Shown here: positions 1-8,481 of the stretch, piece by piece
How positions within the stretch are numbered: the stretch's first letter is position 1
Layout of the letters: the number at the start of each line of letters is the position of its first letter
Virus record (IMG/VR): IMGVR_UViG_3300048791_000020
DNA: 49,859 nt
DNA from: a virus
Strand: one strand, 5' to 3'
Made by a program: the position numbers and the translations under genes
Notes under the pieces: generated by a model
What the model was told of the DNA's origin: nothing
Database searches by the model: none
The model's input: the letters and a program-made list of their open reading frames with translations, nothing else

Positions 1-127
1 CGCAGGTAGTGGCGGTAATCGGATCGACGCCAGTCGCCAACGCAACGACAGCAACGACAGCAACAACAGCAACCAACTTTTCCGGTAGCCTGAGTGGTGA
101 CGTAACTGGCACGCAAGGCGCGACCGT
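1..127. repeat. Terminal overlap: nt 1-127 are identical to nt 49733-49859; the same 127-mer also occurs internally at 46370-46496
   Basis: Direct comparison of window start, window end and 46370-46496. Copies diverge only after ...gcgaccgt (tgtagcc at 128 versus agtgtca at 46497). Confidence 0.95.
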
Positions 128-503
128 TGTAGCCGCACCAAGTCTATCTAGTATTGGAACAGATGTGAACACGGTTCTCGGAAGTGGAGGAAGCTATTCG
201 GCTCCGGCTTGTGTTAGCGGTTGGACTTGCGATGCAATTTCTGGGATGGTCACGTTCAAAACAGGCACATCACCATCGACAAACGGGAGCCTTTTTGTTT
301 TGAACCTTACAACTGCAAGAGCAAAAGATCCAGCTTGTGTTTTCAATCCAGCCATGATGTTCGATTCTGTAGGCCCTCTCGGGTATGGAATTTATCAAGA
401 AGCAGGAACATATGCCGGAACAAGCAAAGCATCGGCATACGTGTACAACGCCACACTTACGGCAAACACTCAATACCTAGTTTCCTACACTTGTGGAAGG
501 TAA
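1..503 (+). CDS. 3' end of the giant tail-fibre ORF (continuation of 45256..49859 across the contig junction); unique C-terminal domain, possibly the receptor-binding tip
   Basis: Listed ORF 9..503 is in the same frame as the 45256 ORF once 49733 is equated with 1. It starts inside the fibre unit AVIGSTPVANATTATTATTATNFSGSLSGDVTGTQGATV, then a unique Cys-containing tail ends YTCGR*. Confidence 0.7.
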   Translation, partial: QVVAVIGSTPVANATTATTATTATNFSGSLSGDVTGTQGATVVAAPSLSSIGTDVNTVLGSGGSYSAPACVSGWTCDAISGMVTFKTGTSPSTNGSLFVLNLTTARAKDPACVFNPAMMFDSVGPLGYGIYQEAGTYAGTSKASAYVYNATLTANTQYLVSYTCGR

Positions 504-506
504 ATC

Positions 507-617
507 ATGGCTTTGTTGACGCTTTCATCGCTCCTCAATGACGTGCTGAATCGAGTGGAAGAAGCACGGCCACGGCAGGACTTGGTGGATCATGCCTGCT
601 GTCGGCGCAGACGGTAA
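507..617 (+). CDS. Small ORF (36 aa) directly downstream of the fibre gene, function unknown
   Basis: ATG 507 lies six nt after GGAAGG (495-500). Hand translation: MALLTLSSLLNDVLNRVEEARPRQDLVDHACCRRRR*. Below the size cutoff of the ORF track. Confidence 0.25.
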   Translation: MALLTLSSLLNDVLNRVEEARPRQDLVDHACCRRRR

Positions 618-749
618 AGCAAGCGTCGACCGGCCGTAAGTGCAATGGGTTTTGATGCTTCATTTGCCAGTTTATTACGGGTTTTGGGAGCCCCGAGACG
701 AAACTCTTCCCTCCGAGAAATATCTCGCGGAATCTGATTGGCGGCGTTG

Positions 750-1226
750 ATGTCTTCCTTCGATAACAAAAAAGAGCTTCGATTTGTAATCACTCTCGGG
801 AACGGTCAGACGTTCCAAGGGGGATCGAGTAACCAGATTACTCTTGAAGGCTACCGGGCCATTGTTGACATTGATCGCGGCGGCGGGATGATGGCCGGAA
901 CCCTCCGCGCTCAAATTTATGGCGTGACTCAGAGCGATATGAACGCTTGCGTCACTTACCCTTATCAACCTCAGAGGTTAGCTGACGGGTATGTGTTCAG
1001 CACCATTCAAGTTTTCGCTATAGATGGGGCTCAGGAAACTCTGATTTTTACCGGCAACATCCAGACGGCATGGGGTAACTACTTAAGCCAACCTGACGTA
1101 TTCTTAGAAATCGTCGCTCAGTCACTTTACGCTGAACAACTCACTCCCGCGCCCCCAACAGCTATTTACTTCGGGACGCCAACACCCCCTTTAGCGGCGG
1201 GAACACTTTCTGGAACAACTTCCTAA
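750..1226 (+). CDS. Structural-looking protein with a baseplate-hub-like N-terminal pattern (possible short paralogue of 40830..41777)
   Basis: ATG 750 sits inside listed ORF 738..1226 (TTG). LRAQIYGV / TLIFTGNIQ / DVFLEIVA parallels CDIIIYNL / GIIFKGSLL / DKLTLHCV of the hub gene. Similarity judged by eye only. Confidence 0.35.
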   Translation: MSSFDNKKELRFVITLGNGQTFQGGSSNQITLEGYRAIVDIDRGGGMMAGTLRAQIYGVTQSDMNACVTYPYQPQRLADGYVFSTIQVFAIDGAQETLIFTGNIQTAWGNYLSQPDVFLEIVAQSLYAEQLTPAPPTAIYFGTPTPPLAAGTLSGTTS

Positions 1227-1250
1227 AGTTTCTGGAATGGTTATTCAGTT

Positions 1251-3260
1251 TCAAATGGTTGTAAAAAGGGAACCTTGAATGGCCGGGGTTGGCGCGATTG
1301 CTCCAACTTCGGCCAAAATTTCGTTAGCGATGTGAATATATTTTTCATAATCAATATCTTCAGGCAGTTCGTTATTTTCTGGTAATTCCATCAACGGCAT
1401 TGCCCCATCGCTGTTTGGAACCTTATTGCCGGAAGTTACATATCGAATTGTTCCCCGCATTTTTGTTGAGTAATACCAACGGATAGTCTTGCCTAAATAT
1501 TTGCCACTTTTGGCCGCTCCCCCGCGCACATTGCGAACCGTAATGAATCTTCTAACATCGTTACAGTTCCGAATTGTTTCTTCGACCGGCGTTCCCTTCC
1601 AAAGAAATCCAATGGCGGCATCGTTACAAATAAGGGTTTCGGGATTCTTTGAAAGAATGGTATCGCCGGATGATCCGCGTTCGCTGTACGATCCTTTAAC
1701 CTTTGGTTCATCTTCGCTCTTTTCTTTGATTGCAATGTAGTTGTTCACATCGCGGCTATAGATCGCTTTGTATCGTGTTTCTTCCGTTTCGAATCCAGTT
1801 AACTTTTCCCATTGTTTGATTGTTGTGTTTAGAGTGTCTTCCATAGTAGCGGGACAATTTATGACAACTCCATCTGTATTGGCCGATATGACTTCAATTC
1901 CCGCTGTTTCAATCATTTCGATTAGTTTCAACAAACACAGTTGACCTGAAATTGTGATTTGAATTAGAACATCGGGAGAATACACGATAGACCATTTGTT
2001 GCCGAATTTGCCAAATAAACCGTTCACTGTGATCTTTAGCGATGAAGCGGTCATTTTATCCCCGGCATGTTTCGCGTCAACACGGCGGCGGATTAGGCTC
2101 TTGTAAATTTCCAAATAAGCCTTCCCTAAATGTTTTGGATGCAATTCTTGATTGACAACAATCGCCGGGTAATAGCTCACAACATCAATATCCCTAAGTT
2201 TAAATTCAGCGGTTGACTTGTGAGCTATTGTTTTTTCACTTGAATGCAAACCGCCCATTCCAAAACGATAAACACAATTGCCGAAGCGAACGCTTAAATT
2301 CTGAATAGCTTCTGGCGTTATGATTTCCCCGCTATCTCCAACTTCAAATGGAGTTTCGCGAATTGTCTGAAGAACCGTTTGAAGCGATGGATAACCAAAC
2401 GTGATGAATGCCGGGGGAAGGTAAAAGAAATATTGCGAATAATTTTTTGGGCGTTCTGGTTTCTTACCAGTAAGCTTTTTCAGTTCATGTGAAATTACGG
2501 CTTCGGCTATTTGAGCATCTGATTTTGAACGAACATCAATGCCGTATTGAGCAGACAAAGTATAACGAAGTTCAAGTTGAGGATAAAGAAACTTTACAAC
2601 AAGTTCGGTGTTGTCTAAATCGTTCAAACAATAATCAAGAACTTTTTCCTGTTCGGTTTTGGTAAGAACTGCTTCATGCTGAATTGGCAAATCCTGTATA
2701 CGCTTGCAATGAATTCTAGCGGCATATAATTTCAGCGATCCTTCAAGTGGGCAAACTTCGATTAGATCAATGTGATTGTAGGTAAGCAAGGTAATTTTGA
2801 AGTGTTGTTCAATTTGATACGGTAACAGATTTCCAAAAATGATTGCGTTTGAAGCTTGTTTCAAAGCTTTGTTATCGAAGCCTTCAATTGCAAGACTGAC
2901 CATTGGAATATCATAAATTTTTGAATTGAATCCAACACAAAGAAAATTCTTTAAGAGCCAATGAAGTTTATCGCGTTCCGGTATAACTCCAATGCCTTTA
3001 TTTTCGAAAACGACATACTTTCCAGAATCACTATGTTTGAAAGCAACAACCCAATAATTTATGTATGATTCAACGTCAAAAATCATGAGCGAACCCGGCT
3101 TTAGTTGCCGCAATTCATTATCAGTTAAAAACACTCGCTCTTTTACAGAGTATTTGAAATCGAATTGATCTTGAATGTCTTCAATTTCTTTTTTGGCTGG
3201 TAACTTACGAAGAAACGTTTCCTCTTGTGGCGTTAGCATTTTAATATTGAATAGGTTCAT
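1251..3260 (-). CDS. Family-B DNA polymerase with 3'-5' exonuclease domain
   Basis: ExoI FDVES, ExoII NSKIYDIPM, ExoIII YCLNDLD, motif A DIDVVSYYPA, motif B KITVNGLFGKFG, motif C ANTDGV, all in the canonical order. Confidence 0.85.
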   Translation of the reverse strand: MNLFNIKMLTPQEETFLRKLPAKKEIEDIQDQFDFKYSVKERVFLTDNELRQLKPGSLMIFDVESYINYWVVAFKHSDSGKYVVFENKGIGVIPERDKLHWLLKNFLCVGFNSKIYDIPMVSLAIEGFDNKALKQASNAIIFGNLLPYQIEQHFKITLLTYNHIDLIEVCPLEGSLKLYAARIHCKRIQDLPIQHEAVLTKTEQEKVLDYCLNDLDNTELVVKFLYPQLELRYTLSAQYGIDVRSKSDAQIAEAVISHELKKLTGKKPERPKNYSQYFFYLPPAFITFGYPSLQTVLQTIRETPFEVGDSGEIITPEAIQNLSVRFGNCVYRFGMGGLHSSEKTIAHKSTAEFKLRDIDVVSYYPAIVVNQELHPKHLGKAYLEIYKSLIRRRVDAKHAGDKMTASSLKITVNGLFGKFGNKWSIVYSPDVLIQITISGQLCLLKLIEMIETAGIEVISANTDGVVINCPATMEDTLNTTIKQWEKLTGFETEETRYKAIYSRDVNNYIAIKEKSEDEPKVKGSYSERGSSGDTILSKNPETLICNDAAIGFLWKGTPVEETIRNCNDVRRFITVRNVRGGAAKSGKYLGKTIRWYYSTKMRGTIRYVTSGNKVPNSDGAMPLMELPENNELPEDIDYEKYIHIANEILAEVGAIAPTPAIQGSLFTTI

Positions 3261-3655
3261 GTGGCACGCTCCAAATAAGCAATTGCCGCTTCAAAAAATT
3301 CTTTGTCTTCTATCGCGGCTAATCGACGATTGCAACTGGCGCATAGAATTCCTCGAACCTTATTTGTTACATGATTGTGATCAGTGTGCCAACCGCGTTT
3401 CTTGCCCGGTTCTGTTTTCTTGCAAATGGCGCAGCAACATCCTTGTTTTTCAAATAGTTCGTTCCACTGTTCGGCGGTTATTCCGTAAACACATTTTCTT
3501 TGCATTGCCTTGAACAGTTCAGGGTTGTTATCTCGCCATTCTTTAGATTTAGCGCGAACGTGTTCGGCATTTTCTTTACGCCATTTTTTATGATATTCTT
3601 TGCGTGTTAATGGCGGCGGTTTTTCGGGCAATGCTATTGGCTGAATTTCTATCAT
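3257..3655 (-). CDS. Endonuclease VII-family (His-Me finger) nuclease, copy 1
   Basis: CCCAIC...WHTDHNHVTNKVRGILCASCNRRL matches the Endonuclease_7 signature. ATGA overlaps occur at both ends (3652-3655 with the clamp-like gene stop, 3257-3260 with the polymerase start). Start taken at the internal Met (listed ORF starts 3667). Confidence 0.8.
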   Translation of the reverse strand: MIEIQPIALPEKPPPLTRKEYHKKWRKENAEHVRAKSKEWRDNNPELFKAMQRKCVYGITAEQWNELFEKQGCCCAICKKTEPGKKRGWHTDHNHVTNKVRGILCASCNRRLAAIEDKEFFEAAIAYLERAT

Positions 3656-4635
3656 AGCCGCTCGCATCCAATACAGCCGCGCACATTCGGGCCGAAGAAG
3701 TAAACCAAACGTTTTGATACGTTGAAATCAATCTTGTCAATCAATCCTGAAAGCAATTGCAACGATTCGATTGTAAAGGAAATTCCAATTGGTAATCCTT
3801 CGCAAAGGTTGATTGCCCCATCTTTTGTGTAGTTGTCTGTACAAATTCCTTCATCGGTGAAGTACAACCGCCCATTGCGCGAGAATGGCGCTAGGCGCTC
3901 AATGGCTTCAAAGAACCCCAACGGCAACGGGATAGGATTGCTAGGCAGGGTTAAATAGGCGGGCAGATCGGGGAAGTTCGGATCGCGCTGCAAGGCGGTT
4001 TTGATCCATGCCCCGTCTAGGAAGTACGCCGTTAGGCTATCGCCGTCAATCCCAAGAGAGTAAAGCGATTTACGTCGCTGTTTATTGACGGCGGAGATGA
4101 ACAGCTTAGGCACAATTGGCCCGTCTAGGAGTTGAAGGCCATGCCAAGCTTCTAGTATCACATCCCCGTTGCTGCCTACAATGGATCCGCCCCGGAGTTG
4201 AACGCTGGATTGAAGAACTGTTTTGGCTCGCTCTGAAACGACTTCGCCAACCCGTCTTAATGCCAATTCAAATTCCATTGTGATTGAAAAAGGATGAAGA
4301 TTTGGGAAAATTGAAGGAATGTCTACTTGATTAATGCACGGAACAGTTGCTTGAAAATTTCCCGAACGAACGCTTAGCTCGTTATTTGTGATCATTGTTA
4401 GATTGACGGCTTCGGGACATTTCTTCAAAGCGTCAATTAGCTTTTGAGTATTTGGGCAAGCTTCTATTTCCTCTTGAATTGCTATTCCAGCGGAGAGCGG
4501 CCCGCCCATTGCAACCAATTTTCCGCCGAACATTCTGCAATGAACATCGAAGGCGTTGATAGCTCGCTTGGGTTGTACGCTCGCAACAAACTGAAGCGCG
4601 GCGAGCAACGAATTTTCAGGCGCTTTTTTCGGCAT
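3652..4635 (-). CDS. Putative sliding-clamp (DnaN-like) protein
   Basis: About 327 aa and located between helicase and polymerase genes; size and alternating beta-strand-like pattern fit a clamp. No diagnostic motif. Start taken at MPKKAPEN (4635) because the upstream part overlaps ORF 4616..4783. Confidence 0.35.
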   Translation of the reverse strand: MPKKAPENSLLAALQFVASVQPKRAINAFDVHCRMFGGKLVAMGGPLSAGIAIQEEIEACPNTQKLIDALKKCPEAVNLTMITNNELSVRSGNFQATVPCINQVDIPSIFPNLHPFSITMEFELALRRVGEVVSERAKTVLQSSVQLRGGSIVGSNGDVILEAWHGLQLLDGPIVPKLFISAVNKQRRKSLYSLGIDGDSLTAYFLDGAWIKTALQRDPNFPDLPAYLTLPSNPIPLPLGFFEAIERLAPFSRNGRLYFTDEGICTDNYTKDGAINLCEGLPIGISFTIESLQLLSGLIDKIDFNVSKRLVYFFGPNVRGCIGCERL

Positions 4636-4783
4636 TGAATCCTTCGGCTTTTGCTTTTTCGATTCGTTCGAAATGAAAATAATCAACCCATCTTGAACCG
4701 TCAAGCTTCTTTTCAAGACACTTGGCGTTTACAGCGGCGCGGCATTTCGGGCAAACAACTTTCAGTGGAAAATTCGTGTTCAT
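4616..4783 (-). CDS. Small protein with a CPKC motif, function unknown
   Basis: MNTNFPLKVVCPKCRAAVNAKC... The ATG at 4783 overlaps the TAA of the upstream gene (TAATG), suggesting translational coupling. Confidence 0.4.
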   Translation of the reverse strand: MNTNFPLKVVCPKCRAAVNAKCLEKKLDGSRWVDYFHFERIEKAKAEGFNAEKSA

Positions 4784-5007
4784 TAGTCCGGAACCTTTTT
4801 GTTTTTCCAGTTTCTCATTCGCAAACATTTTTCCAACGCATCGCGCAATTTTGCTTCGGGCGCTTGTTCGATGTTGAGCATGATCCAATGCGCGATTGTC
4901 TGAACCGCTGTTATATCTTGCTCAACAAGAGTGAAGGTTTCTTGCCCGCGTTTCTTGGCGCGAGCGTGTATAGCTGTGTCCTGATCATTTTCGGAAAGCT
5001 GAAACAT
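4783..5007 (-). CDS. Hypothetical protein
   Basis: ATG 5007 is preceded by AGGGGA. Product MFQLSENDQDTAIHARAKKRGQETF... lies in the same operon orientation. Confidence 0.5.
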   Translation of the reverse strand: MFQLSENDQDTAIHARAKKRGQETFTLVEQDITAVQTIAHWIMLNIEQAPEAKLRDALEKCLRMRNWKNKKVPD

Positions 5008-5018
5008 TTCTTCCCCTT

Positions 5019-5315
5019 TCAAAATGGTATTTGATCGTTGTCTTCATAATACTCGCAACCGTCTGCAATTACAGCGGCTGGCGGAATACATTTGAACTTA
5101 TCGCATTGCTGTTCTTTCCAATGCTCGCAAGTAATACAGGTTGCAAACCAATCTGAACGGTGCCCCAAGTGATTCAGCATTTTTGCAAAAAATTCTTGAA
5201 TTGAATAAGGAACGCGCATTTCAAGTGGCTTTCCTTGAAGCTTGCGAACACCGCGAATTTGAATCAATCGCTCTTGCGGATCGGTCACCGGCTTGTAAGG
5301 CTCTTTGATTGTCAT
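5019..5315 (-). CDS. Cys-rich 98-aa protein ending in an SSB-tail-like motif (..EDNDQIPF*)
   Basis: C-terminal codons hand-checked: GAC AAC GAT CAA ATA CCA TTT TGA. Cys/His cluster CITCEHW..C..C..C. Lies directly downstream of the helicase. Confidence 0.6.
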   Translation of the reverse strand: MTIKEPYKPVTDPQERLIQIRGVRKLQGKPLEMRVPYSIQEFFAKMLNHLGHRSDWFATCITCEHWKEQQCDKFKCIPPAAVIADGCEYYEDNDQIPF

Positions 5316-5317
5316 TG

Positions 5318-6913
5318 TTAAAACTCCGCAAAAATTCTTTTTATTACTTCAGGATATTTTCTGTTCACAATTACCGATATTTTTTTAGGAACAGAAAGTT
5401 TTGAAGTCCATAGCAACGCTTCGTCTACTGTCGGGGGAGCAACATCAACGTTCATTGTTCTTTTCCACCATGCGCGGGCAATGTGACCGGCTCGCCCGCT
5501 ATGTTCAAGACATACAACTTCACTAAACGCTCTTGCTCCGCAAACATAATTCACTTTCAAAATTCCAACACCGTTCTTTTCAATCTTGCTATACAGAGCG
5601 CGGTGAACTTCGAAATCTTCTATTTGAGGAACTTCCGTTCTAATAATTTCTTCGGTTCCCGCCGAAGCTTCGATGTGAATTTGAAATGGAAATTCAAAGC
5701 CGCAAACGTGACATACTTTTGCATTCGCATGGCAATAAGTTCCGCATTGATCGCAAACGCGGATTGGTGCGACACCGGGCGCGGCGCTTCCCTTTGCTCT
5801 TGGCAAAAGAGGATCATTGATTGGCCCTAAACGTTGAACATTGCGAGCGAAGTCTAACCCCAAGCAATTTTGTTTTCCTTCGTACGGGCGTCCACCCCTG
5901 CCGTATTTTTGAACATGCAAGCCAGTTGACATTGTAGGAGCAAGATCGATGATCAAATCAATTGGCGGGTGATCCTGTCCGGTTGTGAATACGCCTTTGT
6001 TCACCAAATTTCTGATTTTGCCTAATTTGTAATCTTTAATGATTGCATCGCGTTTTGATGCTGCCATTTTCGAATGAACAGCTTCAGAAGGAATTCCAAA
6101 ATTACGAAACATTGCCGCGACGTGTTCAGCGTGTTTAATACCAGTGGCAAATGTTAACCAACAGTCGCGGTCTGATCCCAACTCGATTGATTCTTTGCAA
6201 GCCAAATAAGTTATGTCTTGAACGTCAACGGCGGCTTCTAACTGTTTCAAATTAAATTCCCCGGCTTGCATTCCAACTTTTGAAACATCTAACATTGTGT
6301 TAGTTCGCTTCGGAATAATCATTGCCATGAAGCCATTATCGATAAACCAATTGAACCATTGCATTGTTGTCATATCAACCGCAACGTCTGTGAAAATTCC
6401 CATATCGATAAGCGAACCTTGTCCGGTTCTGTACGGTGTTGCTGTATATCCAATCACAATCAAATTTGGATTCAGCAACCGAAGCTTTCCAATGATGGTT
6501 CCGTACATGGAACTATCTTGGCCGTTCATCAAATGCGCTTCGTCTATCAGAACAATGTCGAATCGCCCAAGAGCATCAACGTTCTTTACAACGCTGGCAA
6601 CGCCGCCAAAAATAACGGGCATACCTGTATCGCGCTGCTTCAATCCAGCGCTGAAAATTCCGTATGGGGCTGAAGGCCAAATTTCAACAAGCTTGTTAGA
6701 ATTCTGCGTTAGCAATTCCTTGACGTGAGTCATTGCCAAAATTCGTTGTCCGGACCAACGCGAAAGAACCTTGGCAATGAACCATCCAATCATCAAACTT
6801 TTGCCGGTTCCTGTTGGCATACATACTAAAGGATGGCGATTGCGAGTTTGGTTCAAAAACTCGAACAACATTTGATCAGCTTGAATTTGATAATTTCTAG
6901 GCGTTATGCTCAT
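5318..6913 (-). CDS. SF2 DEAH-box DNA helicase with C-terminal zinc-finger segment
   Basis: Motif I MPTGTGKS, motif II LIDEAH, motif III YTATP; later CDQCGTYCHANAKVCHVCG. Confidence 0.85.
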   Translation of the reverse strand: MSITPRNYQIQADQMLFEFLNQTRNRHPLVCMPTGTGKSLMIGWFIAKVLSRWSGQRILAMTHVKELLTQNSNKLVEIWPSAPYGIFSAGLKQRDTGMPVIFGGVASVVKNVDALGRFDIVLIDEAHLMNGQDSSMYGTIIGKLRLLNPNLIVIGYTATPYRTGQGSLIDMGIFTDVAVDMTTMQWFNWFIDNGFMAMIIPKRTNTMLDVSKVGMQAGEFNLKQLEAAVDVQDITYLACKESIELGSDRDCWLTFATGIKHAEHVAAMFRNFGIPSEAVHSKMAASKRDAIIKDYKLGKIRNLVNKGVFTTGQDHPPIDLIIDLAPTMSTGLHVQKYGRGGRPYEGKQNCLGLDFARNVQRLGPINDPLLPRAKGSAAPGVAPIRVCDQCGTYCHANAKVCHVCGFEFPFQIHIEASAGTEEIIRTEVPQIEDFEVHRALYSKIEKNGVGILKVNYVCGARAFSEVVCLEHSGRAGHIARAWWKRTMNVDVAPPTVDEALLWTSKLSVPKKISVIVNRKYPEVIKRIFAEF

Positions 6914-7101
6914 GCAGTTATAGCATTTTCCATTTTCTTTTGAATGGTTTTGGCAAACGCTCTCACCATCAAAGCCGTTGTTACATCTTCGTTATTAGCA
7001 TCCTTGTCAAACATCGCTATTTGATTTTCTGCATCGTCCACTGCTTGCTTAACAAGTTCGTTAATCAGCGTGCATTCTTCTTTGAGCAATTCAATTTGCA
7101 T
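6910..7101 (-). CDS. Hypothetical protein (63 aa)
   Basis: ORF-track entry that overlaps the helicase start by 4 nt, in the same operon. Confidence 0.45.
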   Translation of the reverse strand: MQIELLKEECTLINELVKQAVDDAENQIAMFDKDANNEDVTTALMVRAFAKTIQKKMENAITA

Positions 7102-7114
7102 GGCGGTCCTTTCG

Positions 7115-7546
7115 TTAGTTCAGTTGAAATTGTTGAAGATAAGCAATTGCGTTACCAAGCAAAACAACATTGTCTTCGGCTTTGCCTAGTAGCAAATTGC
7201 AACGCGAACAAAGTAGTCCGCGAATGTTTCCCGTTGCATGATCATGATCAACAAACCAATTCTTAGCACGTCCGCCCGGCGAATTCACATAACAAATCGC
7301 GCAAGAATTATGTTGATACCTACACATGAATTCGTATTCTTCTTGAGTTATTCCATAATTTCTTTTTATTGCACATTTTCGATGGGAACGCGCCAACACT
7401 TCAGGATGAGTTATAGCGCGAAGTTTGTTATAAGCAGACGATTTGGCGTTTCGTTCTGCTTTATGTTTCTCATAACATTTCTTACTCGCAATTTTTGCAG
7501 CGGCTTTAACTTCTTCCGGCGTTTTCTTACTTCTGGATGGGGGCAT
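7115..7546 (-). CDS. Endonuclease VII-family (His-Me finger) nuclease, copy 2
   Basis: CAIC...FVDHDHATGNIRGLLCSRCNLLLG. Shares NYGIT.EE..... and AIAYL with copy 1. Overlaps the end of the exonuclease gene by 20 nt. Confidence 0.8.
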   Translation of the reverse strand: MPPSRSKKTPEEVKAAAKIASKKCYEKHKAERNAKSSAYNKLRAITHPEVLARSHRKCAIKRNYGITQEEYEFMCRYQHNSCAICYVNSPGGRAKNWFVDHDHATGNIRGLLCSRCNLLLGKAEDNVVLLGNAIAYLQQFQLN

Positions 7547-8393
7547 GATGATCGCATCCTTTTGGTATGAAATCTTTTGGAATTATGCTGTTGTGAAACG
7601 TACAAAACCAATCGGCATTTTCAATCGGTCTGGAATAAGAGCAGCTTCTACAATTAACGTCGCAAGCAACTCCGTCAAAACAAATTGGCTGCATTTTGCA
7701 CATACCACAAAGATAGTAATTCCTTTTATTACTTATTCCTTTCGGCGGTTCCTTCGCATCGAAGATTACAAACTGAGCCTTTTTGTAGGCACCTTCAGCA
7801 ACGTTCAAATCCAGCGGAACTAATTCAAAGTACCAACTCGAATCGTTCTTGTTTTCGCAAACGTAAAGGATGTTTTTGAAGTTCAATCCTTTTCCGTAAA
7901 CGCTATTTTGAATGTAGTGTTGCTCTTTAGTTTCGCGCATTCCTTTTTTATCAAGATCGTTGAACGGCGAGCCTGTTCCACTTGTCTTGCATTCTAGTCC
8001 AGTTGGTTCAAGGATGCCCCAATCTGGAGCAATAAAAACGCCGTCAACTGATCCCCCGAAATGCCCATATAGATCGCTAAATTTTAATTGCGTTCCAGTT
8101 TCGTCCAAACCGTCAATGAATTGAAAGCCAATTGATTTCAGCCAATGGCGAACGCGAACTTCCAAACCATGCCCAACTTCAAACAGGCGCAACATTCGGC
8201 CCGGATATGTTTCTTTGTGCATCCAATGAAAATGATAAAAAAGATAGCGTAAACATTCGTTGCCTACAACAGACGCGCCAAGGTGCGAACGATAACCTTC
8301 GGTGTTTGCGTTTTCGATTTGTGTATCAACTGCCTTCAACATCGCGTCCGCTGTTTCCCGCAATGCGTCCGGGTTGTTCCAATCAACAATCAT
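7527..8393 (-). CDS. PD-(D/E)XK (RecB/Cas4-like) exonuclease with C-terminal Cys cluster
   Basis: GSVDG ... LECK ... QNSVY, matching the D / ExK / QxxxY arrangement. The C-terminus carries about 9 Cys (CGMCKMQPIC..C..C.SC..C..C). Confidence 0.65.
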   Translation of the reverse strand: MIVDWNNPDALRETADAMLKAVDTQIENANTEGYRSHLGASVVGNECLRYLFYHFHWMHKETYPGRMLRLFEVGHGLEVRVRHWLKSIGFQFIDGLDETGTQLKFSDLYGHFGGSVDGVFIAPDWGILEPTGLECKTSGTGSPFNDLDKKGMRETKEQHYIQNSVYGKGLNFKNILYVCENKNDSSWYFELVPLDLNVAEGAYKKAQFVIFDAKEPPKGISNKRNYYLCGMCKMQPICFDGVACDVNCRSCSYSRPIENADWFCTFHNSIIPKDFIPKGCDHHAPIQK

Positions 8394-8401
8394 GTTGCCT
8401 C

Positions 8402-8439
8402 AAAAAGTTGGGGCGGGGTTGAGACTAGCTCCCCGCCCC
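8402..8439 (-). terminator. Rho-independent terminator candidate after the SSB-like gene
   Basis: Perfect 9-bp stem GGGGCGGGG (8410-8418) / CCCCGCCCC (8431-8439). On the minus strand it is followed by AACTTTTTG. Confidence 0.55.
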
Positions 8440-8481
8440 TATACGCTCGTTGAATTTCACCTTACGGTGACGGGCGTAGTC

